Assembly (NCBI GenBank): GCA_013180605.1
Contig: QBUL01000187.1
Span: 1 to 55,689 of the forward strand
Direction of reading: 5' to 3'
Source of the DNA: Candidatus Methanophagaceae archaeon GoMg1
Lineage (GTDB): Archaea > Halobacteriota > Syntropharchaeia > Alkanophagales > Methanospirareceae
DNA: 55,689 nucleotides
The translations under genes and the position numbers were made by a program. Below are positions 38,115-48,644 of this stretch, one piece after another (the first letter of the stretch is position 1; each line of letters opens with the position of its first letter). The notes below the pieces were generated by a model. It did no database searches. It saw only the letters and a list, made by a program, of their open reading frames with translations, and was not told where the DNA came from.

Positions 38115-38492
38115 TCATCGTGTTAATTTAACAGTGCCTTCTACAAAGTTCAGCACAAGCTCCTGACCCACTGCGGAAAGAAATTCCATACCAAGCAGCC
38201 AATCTCCTGGAATAAAACATGCCTCAACCTCAAAATCTTTTATAATCACCTTGCCCAAAAACACGGGTAACTCCACAATCTCACCAGTGGCTAATCTAAA
38301 AGTGTCATAATCCACCAATTCCAGTTCCATCTCCTCCAAAACTTCTCCGGGAATGGCTATTCCACCGTTAAAGCCACTGTCTATCGTTAATGTTTGATCA
38401 CCCTCTTCGCTGAAAATAAGATTCTCTCCTTCCACAAAAGCATTAAAGAAGGGAATAAAGTCGGTAATGCCCCCTTTTATTATGTTTTCCAT
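38115..38492 (-). CDS. Clan AA aspartic protease-like protein
   Basis: IDSGFNG and LLGMEFL motifs. Confidence 0.75.
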   Translation of the reverse strand: MENIIKGGITDFIPFFNAFVEGENLIFSEEGDQTLTIDSGFNGGIAIPGEVLEEMELELVDYDTFRLATGEIVELPVFLGKVIIKDFEVEACFIPGDWLLGMEFLSAVGQELVLNFVEGTVKLTR

Positions 38493-38728
38493 ACCTTTCT
38501 AATTCCGCCTTTGTGCTCATGGGCATAGGGTGAACCAATGCGGATGGAATAAAAGATTTTATCAGGATATTTGTTTTTTGCTTTTTTAAGAGCCTCAAGC
38601 AACGTCTTTCCTAAGAACCATTCCTCTGATTCTGGCTCAATCACCGCAATCGTCCCCTTCTTGTCACTAAAAGAATGAACCTTTGCTAGAACTTCATCCG
38701 ACGGTCTTTTTACTTCTGGTTTCTTCAC
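38480..38728 (-). CDS. Small partner protein (DUF5678-like)
   Basis: IAVIEPES.EWFLG...AK.KYPDK.FY.IRIG; overlaps the protease gene. Confidence 0.6.
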   Translation of the reverse strand: MKKPEVKRPSDEVLAKVHSFSDKKGTIAVIEPESEEWFLGKTLLEALKKAKNKYPDKIFYSIRIGSPYAHEHKGGIRKVWKT

Positions 38729-38770
38729 TTTTTATCACTTCCTCTTTCGATAAAAACCACTCATCTGATA

Positions 38771-39967
38771 TTATTTCTCTATCACCATCTCCTCCACCGC
38801 AATTCCAAAATGCCGAGCCGTCTCCGTAACATGAACCATAACCTCATCACCCGCTTTCAAATCAACCACGGAAATCGGTTTCTTTTTATCCCTACCCACC
38901 AACTTTATCGTTTCCGCATTCTGAAGTATAATACTGCACTTCCTCTTCTCACCGCCACCTGTTTCCACTTCCAGTTCCGCTTCCACGAGCATAAGCGGTC
39001 GTTTCTCTATCTTCACCCTACCTACCACCGCTTTTCTCGCACTTCCTTCCGCATTCACAATCAACACGTCATCTCCAGACTTCAACTCCGACAAATATCT
39101 CGTCTTCTCACCCACTAATATGTAAGCATAAACGCCGCCCGCATTCACCCTGAACGGTCTCGCAGCTACGTAAGGACTCTCTTCTGATTCCGAATGCACC
39201 AAGAACAACGCAAAAGACTGCGACCCCACCAGCATTCCTTCTCCTAAAGTCATCAATGAGCAGGTGTCCACGCATACCCTATCCCCCATTTCAAGTTCTT
39301 TCACGTTTGTTATCTTCGCTGCAGAAAGAGTAATCTTACCCATTTCGCTCTCGTCACGTATCTCCACCGCTCTTTTTATCTCGGATACGTCATCAGTATC
39401 AAGAAGAACGCCATCGGCACCGTATTCAAGCGTTTCAAACGCCGTCCTCGCCTCTTCTGCACTCTGCACCCCCGCTATCACCTTCGCTTCCTTCTTTTGC
39501 AGTTCCGCAATTATATTCTCCAGCGGGATTATCTTCCAATCTTTTCCTATCACAATCACGTAATCACAGTAATCCGCAATATTCACGGCAAATTGCTCAT
39601 ATTCCTTGCCTCTTATCTCCACATACACTGCACCTGCATTAACTTTACTGTCCGAAGTCCTTCTCAACGCACCTAAGACACTTGACTCACCTACTTCCGT
39701 CGGAATGGACTTCGTTCCATCTCCTTCACTTCCCTTACCATAAACGGCAACGTCCGCTTCTACTTTTTCTGTTGATTCATCGGATGCAAACGCAGCTATT
39801 TTTATGCGTCCTAACTCCTTCACCTTCTCAATGTCTGCTTCCTCAACAAGCACTCCGTCCACGCCAGATTCCAAACCTGCAGTAATCCGGGACTTCTTCT
39901 CGCCCCACGTGCCCGCTTCATCATCCGCTTTTATCCATATCTCTTTTCGCTTTTGCTTTTCTTTCAT
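38771..39967 (-). CDS. aroB': 3-dehydroquinate synthase II
   Basis: DWKIIPLEN, GDRVCVDTCS, RPFRVNAG and LQNAET motifs. Confidence 0.93.
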   Translation of the reverse strand: MKEKQKRKEIWIKADDEAGTWGEKKSRITAGLESGVDGVLVEEADIEKVKELGRIKIAAFASDESTEKVEADVAVYGKGSEGDGTKSIPTEVGESSVLGALRRTSDSKVNAGAVYVEIRGKEYEQFAVNIADYCDYVIVIGKDWKIIPLENIIAELQKKEAKVIAGVQSAEEARTAFETLEYGADGVLLDTDDVSEIKRAVEIRDESEMGKITLSAAKITNVKELEMGDRVCVDTCSLMTLGEGMLVGSQSFALFLVHSESEESPYVAARPFRVNAGGVYAYILVGEKTRYLSELKSGDDVLIVNAEGSARKAVVGRVKIEKRPLMLVEAELEVETGGGEKRKCSIILQNAETIKLVGRDKKKPISVVDLKAGDEVMVHVTETARHFGIAVEEMVIEK

Positions 39968-40030
39968 TTCGAACTCCCCCTCTCTCCTTACCCCCTAGTG
40001 GCTATTGGCTATTCCCTATTGGCTATTCCC

Positions 40031-40855
40031 TCACTTCACTATTTCCATCGCCTCTTCCGCCGGAACGCCCTCATGCACTACCTTGCTTATCGCTATGGTC
40101 ATATTAGCCGGGTTCTCATGCTGAAACACGTTTCTTCCTATTGACACGCCTGCAGCACCGCTCGCGACTGCATCCTCCACCATCTTCAGCACTTCCGCAT
40201 CCGTATTCGCCTTCGGTCCTCCTGCTATTATCACCGGCACTGGACAGCCCTGCACAACTTCCTTGAACGTTTCCGGGTCACCGGTATAATTTGTTTTTAT
40301 GACATCAGCACCAAGCTCCGCACCTATGCGAGCCACGTGCTTTACCACTTCCACGTCATGCTCGTTCTTTACCTTTTCGCCTCGTGGATACATCATCGCC
40401 AGAAAAGGAATACCCCATTCCTCACATACCATTGCGGTCTCTCCCAGTTCTACAAGCATATCCGCCTCGTTCTCCGCACCCACGTTCACGTGCATTGACA
40501 CCGCATCTGCACCTAACCGCGTTGCCTCTTCCACCGTTGCCACGGTTACCTTATTTAACGGGTCGGGTCCCAACGAAGTGCTTGCAGATAAGTGAATTAT
40601 CAGCCCTATGTCCTTGCCATAACCTCGATGCCCTGCTATTACAATGCCCTTATGCACGAGTACCGCATTTGCACCTCCTTCTGCTACCGCGTTTACCGCA
40701 CGCTGCATGTCCTCCAACCCGCGTATGGGACCTAAAGTCACACCATGGTCCATAGGGACGATAACGCTTCTTCCGCTCTTACGGTCCACTATCCGCTCCA
40801 TCCTGATGCTCTTCCCTATGCTCATCTGCTCCATTCTTTCCCTTATGCTTGTCAT
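40031..40855 (-). CDS. aroA': 2-amino-3,7-dideoxy-D-threo-hept-6-ulosonate synthase (class I aldolase)
   Basis: [18 protein letters not shown] and GRNVFQ motifs; adjacent to DHQS II. Confidence 0.9.
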   Translation of the reverse strand: MTSIRERMEQMSIGKSIRMERIVDRKSGRSVIVPMDHGVTLGPIRGLEDMQRAVNAVAEGGANAVLVHKGIVIAGHRGYGKDIGLIIHLSASTSLGPDPLNKVTVATVEEATRLGADAVSMHVNVGAENEADMLVELGETAMVCEEWGIPFLAMMYPRGEKVKNEHDVEVVKHVARIGAELGADVIKTNYTGDPETFKEVVQGCPVPVIIAGGPKANTDAEVLKMVEDAVASGAAGVSIGRNVFQHENPANMTIAISKVVHEGVPAEEAMEIVK

Positions 40856-40933
40856 TTTCTTCTCTCCCCTCCCCTTTTGTATAAGATTTTAGCCTTTTTT
40901 ATTGTATCTAATATAGTAAGTTGATAGTATTAG

Positions 40934-41112
40934 ATTAACCGCAGAGTTCACGGAGAACGCAGAGGGGGTAAATTTTAGATTAGGGCTAGGGAACCAGATA
41001 CCTAACACCTAATTCTCTCTGTGAACTCAGCGTTCTCTGCGGTAAATTTTGAAATGTGACATTGGCATTGCTCGTTTCATCTGTGTTAATCTGCGTTAAT
41101 CTGTGTCTATAA
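40934..41112. repeat. Composite repeat element, copy 1
   Basis: accgcagag...ctctgcggt hairpin plus atctgtgttaatctgcgtt arm; inverted copy at 53868-54035. Confidence 0.85.
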
Positions 41113-41151
41113 TCATTTTTTTTGATTTTTACATTTGACCTTTTGCATTTT

Positions 41152-43038
41152 TTAGACCAATCTCAACGTCTCTAAATTCATCGGCGCTACCGTCTCTATA
41201 TTAAACCTCTTGTGTATTCCACTTGCTAATGCCACACATTTGCTGCTCTCGCCGTGCATACACATTATCTTTGACGGTAGTGGCCGTATCCCTCTTACGT
41301 ATTCAATCAATTGATTGCGGTCTGAATGCCCGGAGAACCCATCTATTGTCCTCGTTTCCAGGTTTATTTTTATGTTTTTCATTTTTCCCTCGTTTGGAAG
41401 CTGTATCTCACTCCAGCCTTTCTGTATTCTCCTCCCAAGCGTTCCTTCTCCTTGATAACCAACAAAGATAAGTTTGTTCTTTTCGTCGCCTGCAAGCCCT
41501 TTCAGGTATTCTAACACAGGACCGCCATTTAACATCCCCGCAGTAGCAAGTACGATAAACGGCTCTTTCTCGTCTATTATTCCTCTCCTCTTCTCTGCAT
41601 CGTCCACCGGTACAAAAACGTCTGATAAGAATGGATTTTCACCCTGGAATATCGAATTTTTTAGATTTCGATTGAGGTACTCGGGATATGCCGTATGGAT
41701 TGCAGTCGCCTCCCAGATCATACCATCTAAATACACGGGAACCTCCAAATGCATTCTTTCCAGTGCTATCATTACTTCCTGCGAACGACCAACCGCAAAA
41801 GCGGGTATTATTGTTTTACCTCCCTTCTTTATCGTTTCCTTTATCTCTTCATTTAAATGGTGTTCCGCTTCTTTTCTCGACGGTTGCAGGTCATTCATAC
41901 CGCCGTATGTAGACTCCATGACCATGGCATCAACCCGTGGGAACCCATTAAAAGCAGGGTCAAAGAGAAACGTTCGCTCGTACTTTATGTCTCCCGTGAA
42001 TGCGAAGTTGTAAAGACCATTGCCTATGTTAAAATATGCGCTTGCAGAGCCCAGGATGTGTCCCGCATTGTAAAAAGTTAGCTTCACGTCCGGCGATATG
42101 TCTGTTACGTCCCCGTATTTCAGTGGGATGGTGTGCCTTATCGCATCTCGTATCAAGGATGATTTGTACGGGACTTTCTTCCCCTCTCTTGCCGACACTT
42201 CTATATAGTCAAGCAGAAGAAGAGCCATAAGGGCTCTCGTTGGCTCTGTCATGTATATAGGACCGTCATAACCATATAAGAGCAGAAGAGGCACTAAACC
42301 CGAATGGTCAAGATGCGCATGCGTTATTACTACCGCATCTATATCCTTTATCGGTGATGCTTCAGGAACGTATAAATAAGGCACCCCTTCCGAGCCCACA
42401 CTCACCCCGCAATCTATTAAAACCCGCGTCTCCGGCGTAGAAAGCATAAACGCATTTCTCCCTACCTCCCGACACCCGCCCAACGCGGTTATACGCAGCC
42501 ATTCATCTTCTTTTGTCTTATCTCGGTATATCATCCGCCCTACTTTTTTTACAAAGTTCTTCCTGAATTCGCTCTCCTCTCTTAGGTATCTCCTTATGCT
42601 TTTTATTGTTGTGGATTGTATCGGCGGTGCCCTGATAACATTGGGCCGCCACCCTATCACCCTTGCCACTTCTCGTAGTGTCGCTCCATGCGTGCCTATT
42701 ACCAACCCCGGCTTTTCCGCCTCTATTATCGCCTCCGCCTTGTCCATATCAAAATAAATGTCTTTTATCCCTCCTTCATCAGGTATAATGTCATAAATCA
42801 CCTTGGACGCTTTTTCCGGCTCCATCAGCATGTCACTATTTGGTCTGACGGAAATCCTTTTCTTTAATTCCCTCGCCAGTGTCCTCACTATGGCACCATC
42901 ATCAGCGAATTTCTGTGTGTCTTCCGTATATACTACAAGTTCCGGTCCTTCAAACTCCACACCGCTAATGCTTACCTCAGCCGGTAATAACCCCTTTATT
43001 CGGCGCTTTAATTCTGAAAGCGTTTCTTCTGCTGGCAT
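41152..43038 (-). CDS. fttA: Beta-CASP ribonuclease aCPSF1 / termination factor FttA
   Basis: N-terminal KH domains; THAHLDH, AGHILGS, ESTYG and FSGHSD motifs. Confidence 0.95.
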   Translation of the reverse strand: MPAEETLSELKRRIKGLLPAEVSISGVEFEGPELVVYTEDTQKFADDGAIVRTLARELKKRISVRPNSDMLMEPEKASKVIYDIIPDEGGIKDIYFDMDKAEAIIEAEKPGLVIGTHGATLREVARVIGWRPNVIRAPPIQSTTIKSIRRYLREESEFRKNFVKKVGRMIYRDKTKEDEWLRITALGGCREVGRNAFMLSTPETRVLIDCGVSVGSEGVPYLYVPEASPIKDIDAVVITHAHLDHSGLVPLLLLYGYDGPIYMTEPTRALMALLLLDYIEVSAREGKKVPYKSSLIRDAIRHTIPLKYGDVTDISPDVKLTFYNAGHILGSASAYFNIGNGLYNFAFTGDIKYERTFLFDPAFNGFPRVDAMVMESTYGGMNDLQPSRKEAEHHLNEEIKETIKKGGKTIIPAFAVGRSQEVMIALERMHLEVPVYLDGMIWEATAIHTAYPEYLNRNLKNSIFQGENPFLSDVFVPVDDAEKRRGIIDEKEPFIVLATAGMLNGGPVLEYLKGLAGDEKNKLIFVGYQGEGTLGRRIQKGWSEIQLPNEGKMKNIKINLETRTIDGFSGHSDRNQLIEYVRGIRPLPSKIMCMHGESSKCVALASGIHKRFNIETVAPMNLETLRLV

Positions 43039-43268
43039 TGTCTATATCCCTGCCTCTATCCTTATTCTTGCTTCTAATCAATCCTGATCTTAGTCTTAGC
43101 TTTAGCCTTAGCACAATAGCTACTTTATCTTTCGCCCTTATCCTTCCTATTTTTAGTTTTCAATATCAACATTAATGCCTGTGCCTGCACCCCCCAACTA
43201 ATTCCCGTACAGGCACAAAAACAAAATGTGTTTCAAATTTTAAAAGATTGATTCTTTGTTGTTGTTTT

Positions 43269-43883
43269 TTATGCCCCTTCTCCTGTCTCTTTATACATGT
43301 CCTTTGTTATCGTTACTATCTCTATCTCTTCGCCCGAAGCACTATCCCTTTTCATTGCGGAACGTAATGCCTGTGTTGCAAGTGCTACTCCTTCTTCCAG
43401 TGGCATGTCTGCTGAATACTTATCCTCAAGTACGCCGTATGCAATAGGCGAACCCGAGCCGGTGGCTGCAATCTCTCGCTCATCTGTATTGCCGCCAAAA
43501 GGGTCTACTGAATATATATGCGCCCCGTTTCGGTCTATCCCGCCTACCAAAAGTTGCACAAGATACGGAAACATCCGCTGCCCGTTCAGCACGTTGGACA
43601 ACAGCGTTGTCATTGCTTTTACCGTCATTGGCTCTTGTCTCCTCGTTTTATACAGCCTCGCTTCTACGGATATTAGCCGAACCAACGTCTGTGCATCTCC
43701 CACTATTCCCGCTGTGGTCATACCCATTCGGTCATCCACCTGGTATATCTTCCTCGCTGCCTTAGAAGCGATAAAAGAACCCATTGTCGCACGCTTCTCA
43801 CTCGCCAATACTACACTGTCTCCGCATATTAAACCCACGGTTGTCGTTCCCTTCTTTAACTGGTCCATTATCTCTATTTCCAT
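43269..43883 (-). CDS. psmB: Proteasome beta subunit
   Basis: Propeptide KG|TTTVG, GSGS and RDSASG motifs. Confidence 0.95.
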   Translation of the reverse strand: MEIEIMDQLKKGTTTVGLICGDSVVLASEKRATMGSFIASKAARKIYQVDDRMGMTTAGIVGDAQTLVRLISVEARLYKTRRQEPMTVKAMTTLLSNVLNGQRMFPYLVQLLVGGIDRNGAHIYSVDPFGGNTDEREIAATGSGSPIAYGVLEDKYSADMPLEEGVALATQALRSAMKRDSASGEEIEIVTITKDMYKETGEGA

Positions 43884-43886
43884 TTC

Positions 43887-44309
43887 CTATATTCCTCCAT
43901 GTGTCGTTGTCAGTTTCACGTGTTTTACGCCCCTCAAACTCATTATATCTTCCGCTAAATTCTTTATCCCTTTCGCCTCTCCTTTCATCACTACTACCTC
44001 AAAGCAATTCTGTTCATCTAAATGAATATGCGTTGCCGATTTTATCAGATTCATGTAATGGTGCTGCGCCTCAGTTAGCTGGTCACCCAATCCCCGCTGG
44101 CTGTGGTCGTAGAGATACGTTATAGTTCCTATTTCCTCCCCGGTCTCACGCTCCATCCATTCGTATTCCACTATATAGGCGCGGATTGCATCTCTTATTC
44201 CTTCCGACCTCGATGAGTAACCTCTCCCTCGTATTATCCCATCAAACTTGTTCAACAGATTCGAAGGCAATGATACACCTATTCGAGTCAGCCCTATCTC
44301 TTCTTCCAT
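43887..44309 (-). CDS. nikR: Nickel-responsive regulator
   Basis: RHH RIGVSL..SRSEGIRD; HIH....C metal site. Confidence 0.93.
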   Translation of the reverse strand: MEEEIGLTRIGVSLPSNLLNKFDGIIRGRGYSSRSEGIRDAIRAYIVEYEWMERETGEEIGTITYLYDHSQRGLGDQLTEAQHHYMNLIKSATHIHLDEQNCFEVVVMKGEAKGIKNLAEDIMSLRGVKHVKLTTTHGGI

Positions 44310-44737
44310 TTTTCTTCACCCCTCAATTCTACTATATGTTTTATTATCTCCTCTGCTTTACAAAAAGCATTTGAATTATATCTTTTTATACGGACGACCT
44401 TCGAGTTGAAGCCCCGCTTCGAGAGTTCCCGCTCCAGCATCACCACATCGAAATCCTGGTCATACCCTATTGCAATTATATCTGGTTTTATACTATATAA
44501 AGGTTCATACATATCCTTTTCGCTACCCAGCATCGCTTTGTCTACCACTTTCAATGCAGAAATCATCTTCAACCTCTGCTCTTCCCGTATAATTGGCGTT
44601 CTTTTCCTCTTCTTCACGTTTATATCTCTCGCAACAATGACAAAAAGCTCATCACCCAGTTTCTTTGCTTCCTCCAAATAAAGCAAATGCCCTGGATGCA
44701 GTATTTCAAATGTTCCCGTCGCTAAAACCCTTACCAT
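44294..44737 (-). CDS. ribL: FAD synthase (cytidylyltransferase family)
   Basis: GTFEILHPGH, VIVARD and GYDQ motifs. Confidence 0.85.
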   Translation of the reverse strand: MVRVLATGTFEILHPGHLLYLEEAKKLGDELFVIVARDINVKKRKRTPIIREEQRLKMISALKVVDKAMLGSEKDMYEPLYSIKPDIIAIGYDQDFDVVMLERELSKRGFNSKVVRIKRYNSNAFCKAEEIIKHIVELRGEEKWKKR

Positions 44738-45159
44738 AAAAGTTCTCCTCCTTCTTTCAACTCCTCTAAATCCTTCTCCACTATTTCCAACTCTATCTCT
44801 TCTCCTTTTGAATTATAACATCTCCAACTCTCCCTTGCATAGGGATAAAACGTGATGATATGACAATTACCCGTTTTAGAAAACATCAATAAATCCTGCT
44901 CTGATGGATGCATAGCGGCGGGATGTGGGTGACTATGAACAGACCCTACATAGTCAAGACCCATTGGCATCATATCTAGGCGTATAATTGCATTTTCATC
45001 TGACGAAACCGTGCCCGGGAGGAAAAAAACATCTGTTATGACATCCGCATCGGAGCACAGCATGCCGATGAATTCCCTCGGATAATTAGATTTGCTCACT
45101 TCGAGGATAAAATCCAACGTATCCTTTGCTATTCCCACGATTTTTCTCCTCTTGTTCAT
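44731..45159 (-). CDS. JAMM/MPN+ metalloprotease
   Basis: PREF and HSHP......S..D motifs. Confidence 0.88.
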   Translation of the reverse strand: MNKRRKIVGIAKDTLDFILEVSKSNYPREFIGMLCSDADVITDVFFLPGTVSSDENAIIRLDMMPMGLDYVGSVHSHPHPAAMHPSEQDLLMFSKTGNCHIITFYPYARESWRCYNSKGEEIELEIVEKDLEELKEGGELLW

Positions 45160-45169
45160 CTAAACTATT

Positions 45170-46096
45170 CTAAGAAAGTTTTAAAGTAAAACATCCTTCG
45201 GTTTTTAGTTCCTCTTCCAGCGGCAGAGTTCCAAATTTCGCTCTCAATATCAAATCCGCCACCTCGTAATTTATCACTTTTGCCGTTCCCACGATGGATG
45301 TGGTGGGTCTTGGGTTCACATCCACGACGTATGGCGTGCCATCGTCACCTAATACAAAATCCATCCCCACATATCCTTTGCAGTGAAGCAGGGTTACAAC
45401 TCTCTTACTTAACCGCATTATCGCCTTCTCGGCATCTTGTCCTACAGAATACGGAACCGACCCTCCCTCGTATATCAGCCTTCTTCCTCGCATCACTACA
45501 AATTGCTTGTTTATCGTCAGCGGCAACACGGAAAGACCTCCAACTACCACGCTACTGCTTACGTCCTCCCCTTTTATAAATTCCGTTATGATATATCCCT
45601 GATTATCCACAAAAGAAGCGTCGTTCTGACTTTGTTTTCCCTTCAGTATAAACACGTTTTCCGATGCACATCCATATCGCGGCTTCTTTACATATACCGC
45701 TCCTTGCGCTCTACCGTTCCTCATCTCTTCTTCGGGAACAATCCGCGGTACGGGTATTCCGTTATTATCCAGAATTTTTGTCGTCTGTATCTTGTCGGCG
45801 CACATTTTTACGCATTCCGACGGGCAACCCAGATTAGCGGTATTTGGCTCCAGAATCTTCGTAAGTTCGTATAGCTTCTCATCGGGTGCGATAACGATGC
45901 CCGCATCGCTCTTCTTTGAAAGTTTGTCCACTGCTGATTCAAAATCCGCTTCCGCCATCGGATAAACAACTTCATTACCCAACCGCTCAAAACTATCCCT
46001 TAACGTTGTAAGCATCGCTTTTCCTTCCCGCAGTAAAGATGCGCTCTTCCCCTTGTCCCCTCCTCCTACTGCGTATTCCGCTACCAGCACCCTCAT
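45170..46096 (-). CDS. ATP-grasp ligase, MfnD-like (tyramine-glutamate ligase)
   Basis: EYAVGGG, EGKAML, IAPD, KPRYG, NKQ and DVNPRPTTS motifs; start at MRVLV. Confidence 0.75.
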   Translation of the reverse strand: MRVLVAEYAVGGGDKGKSASLLREGKAMLTTLRDSFERLGNEVVYPMAEADFESAVDKLSKKSDAGIVIAPDEKLYELTKILEPNTANLGCPSECVKMCADKIQTTKILDNNGIPVPRIVPEEEMRNGRAQGAVYVKKPRYGCASENVFILKGKQSQNDASFVDNQGYIITEFIKGEDVSSSVVVGGLSVLPLTINKQFVVMRGRRLIYEGGSVPYSVGQDAEKAIMRLSKRVVTLLHCKGYVGMDFVLGDDGTPYVVDVNPRPTTSIVGTAKVINYEVADLILRAKFGTLPLEEELKTEGCFTLKLS

Positions 46097-46109
46097 TTTA
46101 GTCCTGTAC

Positions 46110-46760
46110 CTACGCAGGTGCAAGTGTTTTCCCGTGCTCAAGTAGTTTTGCTAACGCAAGGAGGATATTTACGAAATAATCATCCTGCATGGATTTATCC
46201 AGATGTTCCTCCCAGCTCTTCTTAATATCTGCAAATCGTTTCTCTGTCGCTTTTGATATTTTACCAATGCCGGAAGAATAAACAACCTTTTCTATTCCTT
46301 CCTCTATTGCTTTTGCCTTTATCGGTTTTCCCTCTTTTCCCCTTCGCAAATCAGTAATTAGATAGCCCATCGAGTTTAGCGCTCTCGTCACCGTTGATAT
46401 TTTTATTTGCTCTGGCCTTATCTTATTCTCCTCCTCCAGAACGTCTTCTACGGTTATCGTCCCGTTTTCTATCCTGTCGCAGTATTTCTGCAACCAGTCT
46501 GGTCCGATTCTGGCTTTTTTTATCTTTTCACCCTGCTTCTCCTTTTTCACGCCTGCTGCCAAATCTACCGTTTCACCACTCCGTAATTCAGCAACCGAAT
46601 AGCCCATCGAGTTTAGCGCTCTCGTCACTGTTGATAACTTTATGGGCGTTACCCTCACCTTATTCTCCGCTTTCAGTATATCCTCGACCGCTATTGCCCG
46701 TTTATCTATCCTTTCCATGTACTTCTGTATCCAACCTGGTGCTTCATCTATCCGCCCCAT
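46110..46760 (-). CDS. Hypothetical protein with duplicated approx. 55-aa domain
   Basis: P.W.QKY..RI....I.VED.L..ENK.R...IK.STVTRALNSMGY occurs twice. Confidence 0.7.
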   Translation of the reverse strand: MGRIDEAPGWIQKYMERIDKRAIAVEDILKAENKVRVTPIKLSTVTRALNSMGYSVAELRSGETVDLAAGVKKEKQGEKIKKARIGPDWLQKYCDRIENGTITVEDVLEEENKIRPEQIKISTVTRALNSMGYLITDLRRGKEGKPIKAKAIEEGIEKVVYSSGIGKISKATEKRFADIKKSWEEHLDKSMQDDYFVNILLALAKLLEHGKTLAPA

Positions 46761-46891
46761 CTCGTTTTCCTCCCTTGCATTTTTATCTTTCTTTTACCAT
46801 AATAAGGTTATTTATATTTTATGTATCAAAACATCAAAAGAAGATAAGTAGTAAATCAAAACAGCGAGAAATGAAAAAGGTGGTGATTTAA

Positions 46892-46978
46892 ATTCCCTGT
46901 GGAAAGAAGAGAAAATTGGCAAAGATGCGGAAGCACAAGCTAAAGAAAAGAAGGAAGAAGATGCGGTATAAGAAGTAA
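46892..46978 (+). CDS. 28-aa basic bS22/mS38(COX24)-like small protein, ATT start
   Basis: (M)PCGKKRKLAKMRKHKLKKRRKKMRYKK*; SD GGTGGTGA 5 nt before ATT. Confidence 0.7.
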   Translation: MPCGKKRKLAKMRKHKLKKRRKKMRYKK

Positions 46979-47016
46979 GCTAAGCGTGAGAATAGAAAGA
47001 GGAGGTAAGATAAAAA

Positions 47017-47406
47017 ATGAAGGAGCTGACCGAGGCGAGGACATTAAAAGAGGGGAGGTACGTGCTTATAGACGAGGAACCCTGCACAATAGTTAACATA
47101 ACGACTTCAAAACCGGGAAAGCACGGGGCGGCGAAAGCGAGGATAGAAGGGATTGGTGTATTTGATTCGCAAAAAAGAACGGCGGTTCAGCCAGTTACTG
47201 CGAAGCTATACGTGCCTGTGATAGAGCGAAGGAGTGGTCAAGTGCTTTCAGTTTCCGGGGACATGGCGCAAATTATGGACATGGGCGACTATTCAACGAT
47301 TGAAATAGAAATACCGGGAGAGTTGAAGGGGAAAGGGAAGGTTGAGCCGGGTAAGGAAATGCCCTTCTTACACTATGAAGGGAAATACAAGATAGATATG
47401 AAATAA
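47017..47406 (+). CDS. eif5a: Translation factor aIF5A
   Basis: SKPGKHGAAK hypusine loop. Confidence 0.96.
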   Translation: MKELTEARTLKEGRYVLIDEEPCTIVNITTSKPGKHGAAKARIEGIGVFDSQKRTAVQPVTAKLYVPVIERRSGQVLSVSGDMAQIMDMGDYSTIEIEIPGELKGKGKVEPGKEMPFLHYEGKYKIDMK

Positions 47407-47463
47407 GGCGGTATGGATGTAGGTGTGGGTATGGCGGTGTAGAACCAAAAAGGGAGAAATAAA

Positions 47464-47730
47464 ATGGTTGAAAAGAAGTTGGTAGGAAAAATCACGCATT
47501 ATTTCTCGAAGATAGGCATTGCCGTGGTAGAGCTGAGTGGTGATGTAAAGGAAGGGGATAGGATAAAGGTAGAAGGAGCTACGACATCGTTCGAACAGGT
47601 CATAGAATCAATGGAGATAGAAAACGAAAAAGTCGAACTCGCTACGGTAGGGCAGTCAATAGGGCTAAAGATGAAAGATCGAGTAAGGCTGCATGACAAC
47701 GTATACAAAATAATGGAGAACACAAAATAA
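47464..47730 (+). CDS. Small beta-barrel protein (translation-factor domain II / U32 C-terminal-like)
   Basis: VGKITHYFSKIGIA, GDRI and SMEI motifs. Confidence 0.75.
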   Translation: MVEKKLVGKITHYFSKIGIAVVELSGDVKEGDRIKVEGATTSFEQVIESMEIENEKVELATVGQSIGLKMKDRVRLHDNVYKIMENTK

Positions 47731-47752
47731 GGATAGAGCAGAATAATGAGAT

Positions 47753-48619
47753 ATGGCGCAAAATAAGGAGAAACAGAACGAGCAAGCGAGAATAAGGGAC
47801 ATAATGGTGGAGGATGTCGCTTATGTGACCGTGCCAGGGACAAGAGAGGCGATAATGGAGATATGCAGAGAAAGATACATCTCCGGGGTTCCAGTTGTTA
47901 AAAAAGGGAAAGTAGAAGGAGTAGTTACAAGACAGGATTTGCTGAAAAATCCCAATGAGCGGCAAATAGCGCTGCTGATGAGTAGAAATCCCATTACAAT
48001 CAGCCCAGAAGCTACCATTGCAGAGGCTGCGCGGATTATCCTCTCCCATAGCTTTCGCCGTTTGCCCGTGGTGGAGGGCGAGAAGCTTGTTGGGATAATT
48101 ACCGTTGCGGACATCATCAGGGAAATAGCGAAGGGGGGCTATAAGGCGCCCATAGGCGATTACGTGGGGGAGAAGACCATAGCAACGTGGGATAAGATGC
48201 CTTTATCAGTTGCAGGTAGAATAATGGAGCTTGGAAAGGTAAAGGCAGCTCCTGTTCTGAATTTGGAATTCGAACTTGTTGGACTGATAACAGATAGGGA
48301 TTTGATAAACGCTGCGGTGATAGAGGATGAAACAGAACATTCAGACCTCTCTTTAGGCGCTGATGAAGATGCATGGACATGGGAAGGGATGAGAGATACG
48401 ATGAAACTGTACTACGGCGTATCAAAGATGAAATTACCGGATAAGCGTGTGAGCGAAGTGATGGTGAAAGAAGTGGTTACAGCGACTCGTAATTGTGAAG
48501 TGAACGAATGTGCGGGAAAAATGAGCGAAAACCAGTTCGACCAGCTTCCTGTTATCTCTACAAGAGGTAAATTGACCGGCATGCTACTCGATAGGGACCT
48601 TCTTAAGGTTCTGGAATAA
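47753..48619 (+). CDS. Four-CBS-domain protein
   Basis: ISGVPVV, FRRLPVV, GLITDRD and FDQLPV motifs. Confidence 0.9.
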   Translation: MAQNKEKQNEQARIRDIMVEDVAYVTVPGTREAIMEICRERYISGVPVVKKGKVEGVVTRQDLLKNPNERQIALLMSRNPITISPEATIAEAARIILSHSFRRLPVVEGEKLVGIITVADIIREIAKGGYKAPIGDYVGEKTIATWDKMPLSVAGRIMELGKVKAAPVLNLEFELVGLITDRDLINAAVIEDETEHSDLSLGADEDAWTWEGMRDTMKLYYGVSKMKLPDKRVSEVMVKEVVTATRNCEVNECAGKMSENQFDQLPVISTRGKLTGMLLDRDLLKVLE

Positions 48620-48644
48620 GGGGGGGGATGGAGGGTAGCTACAA

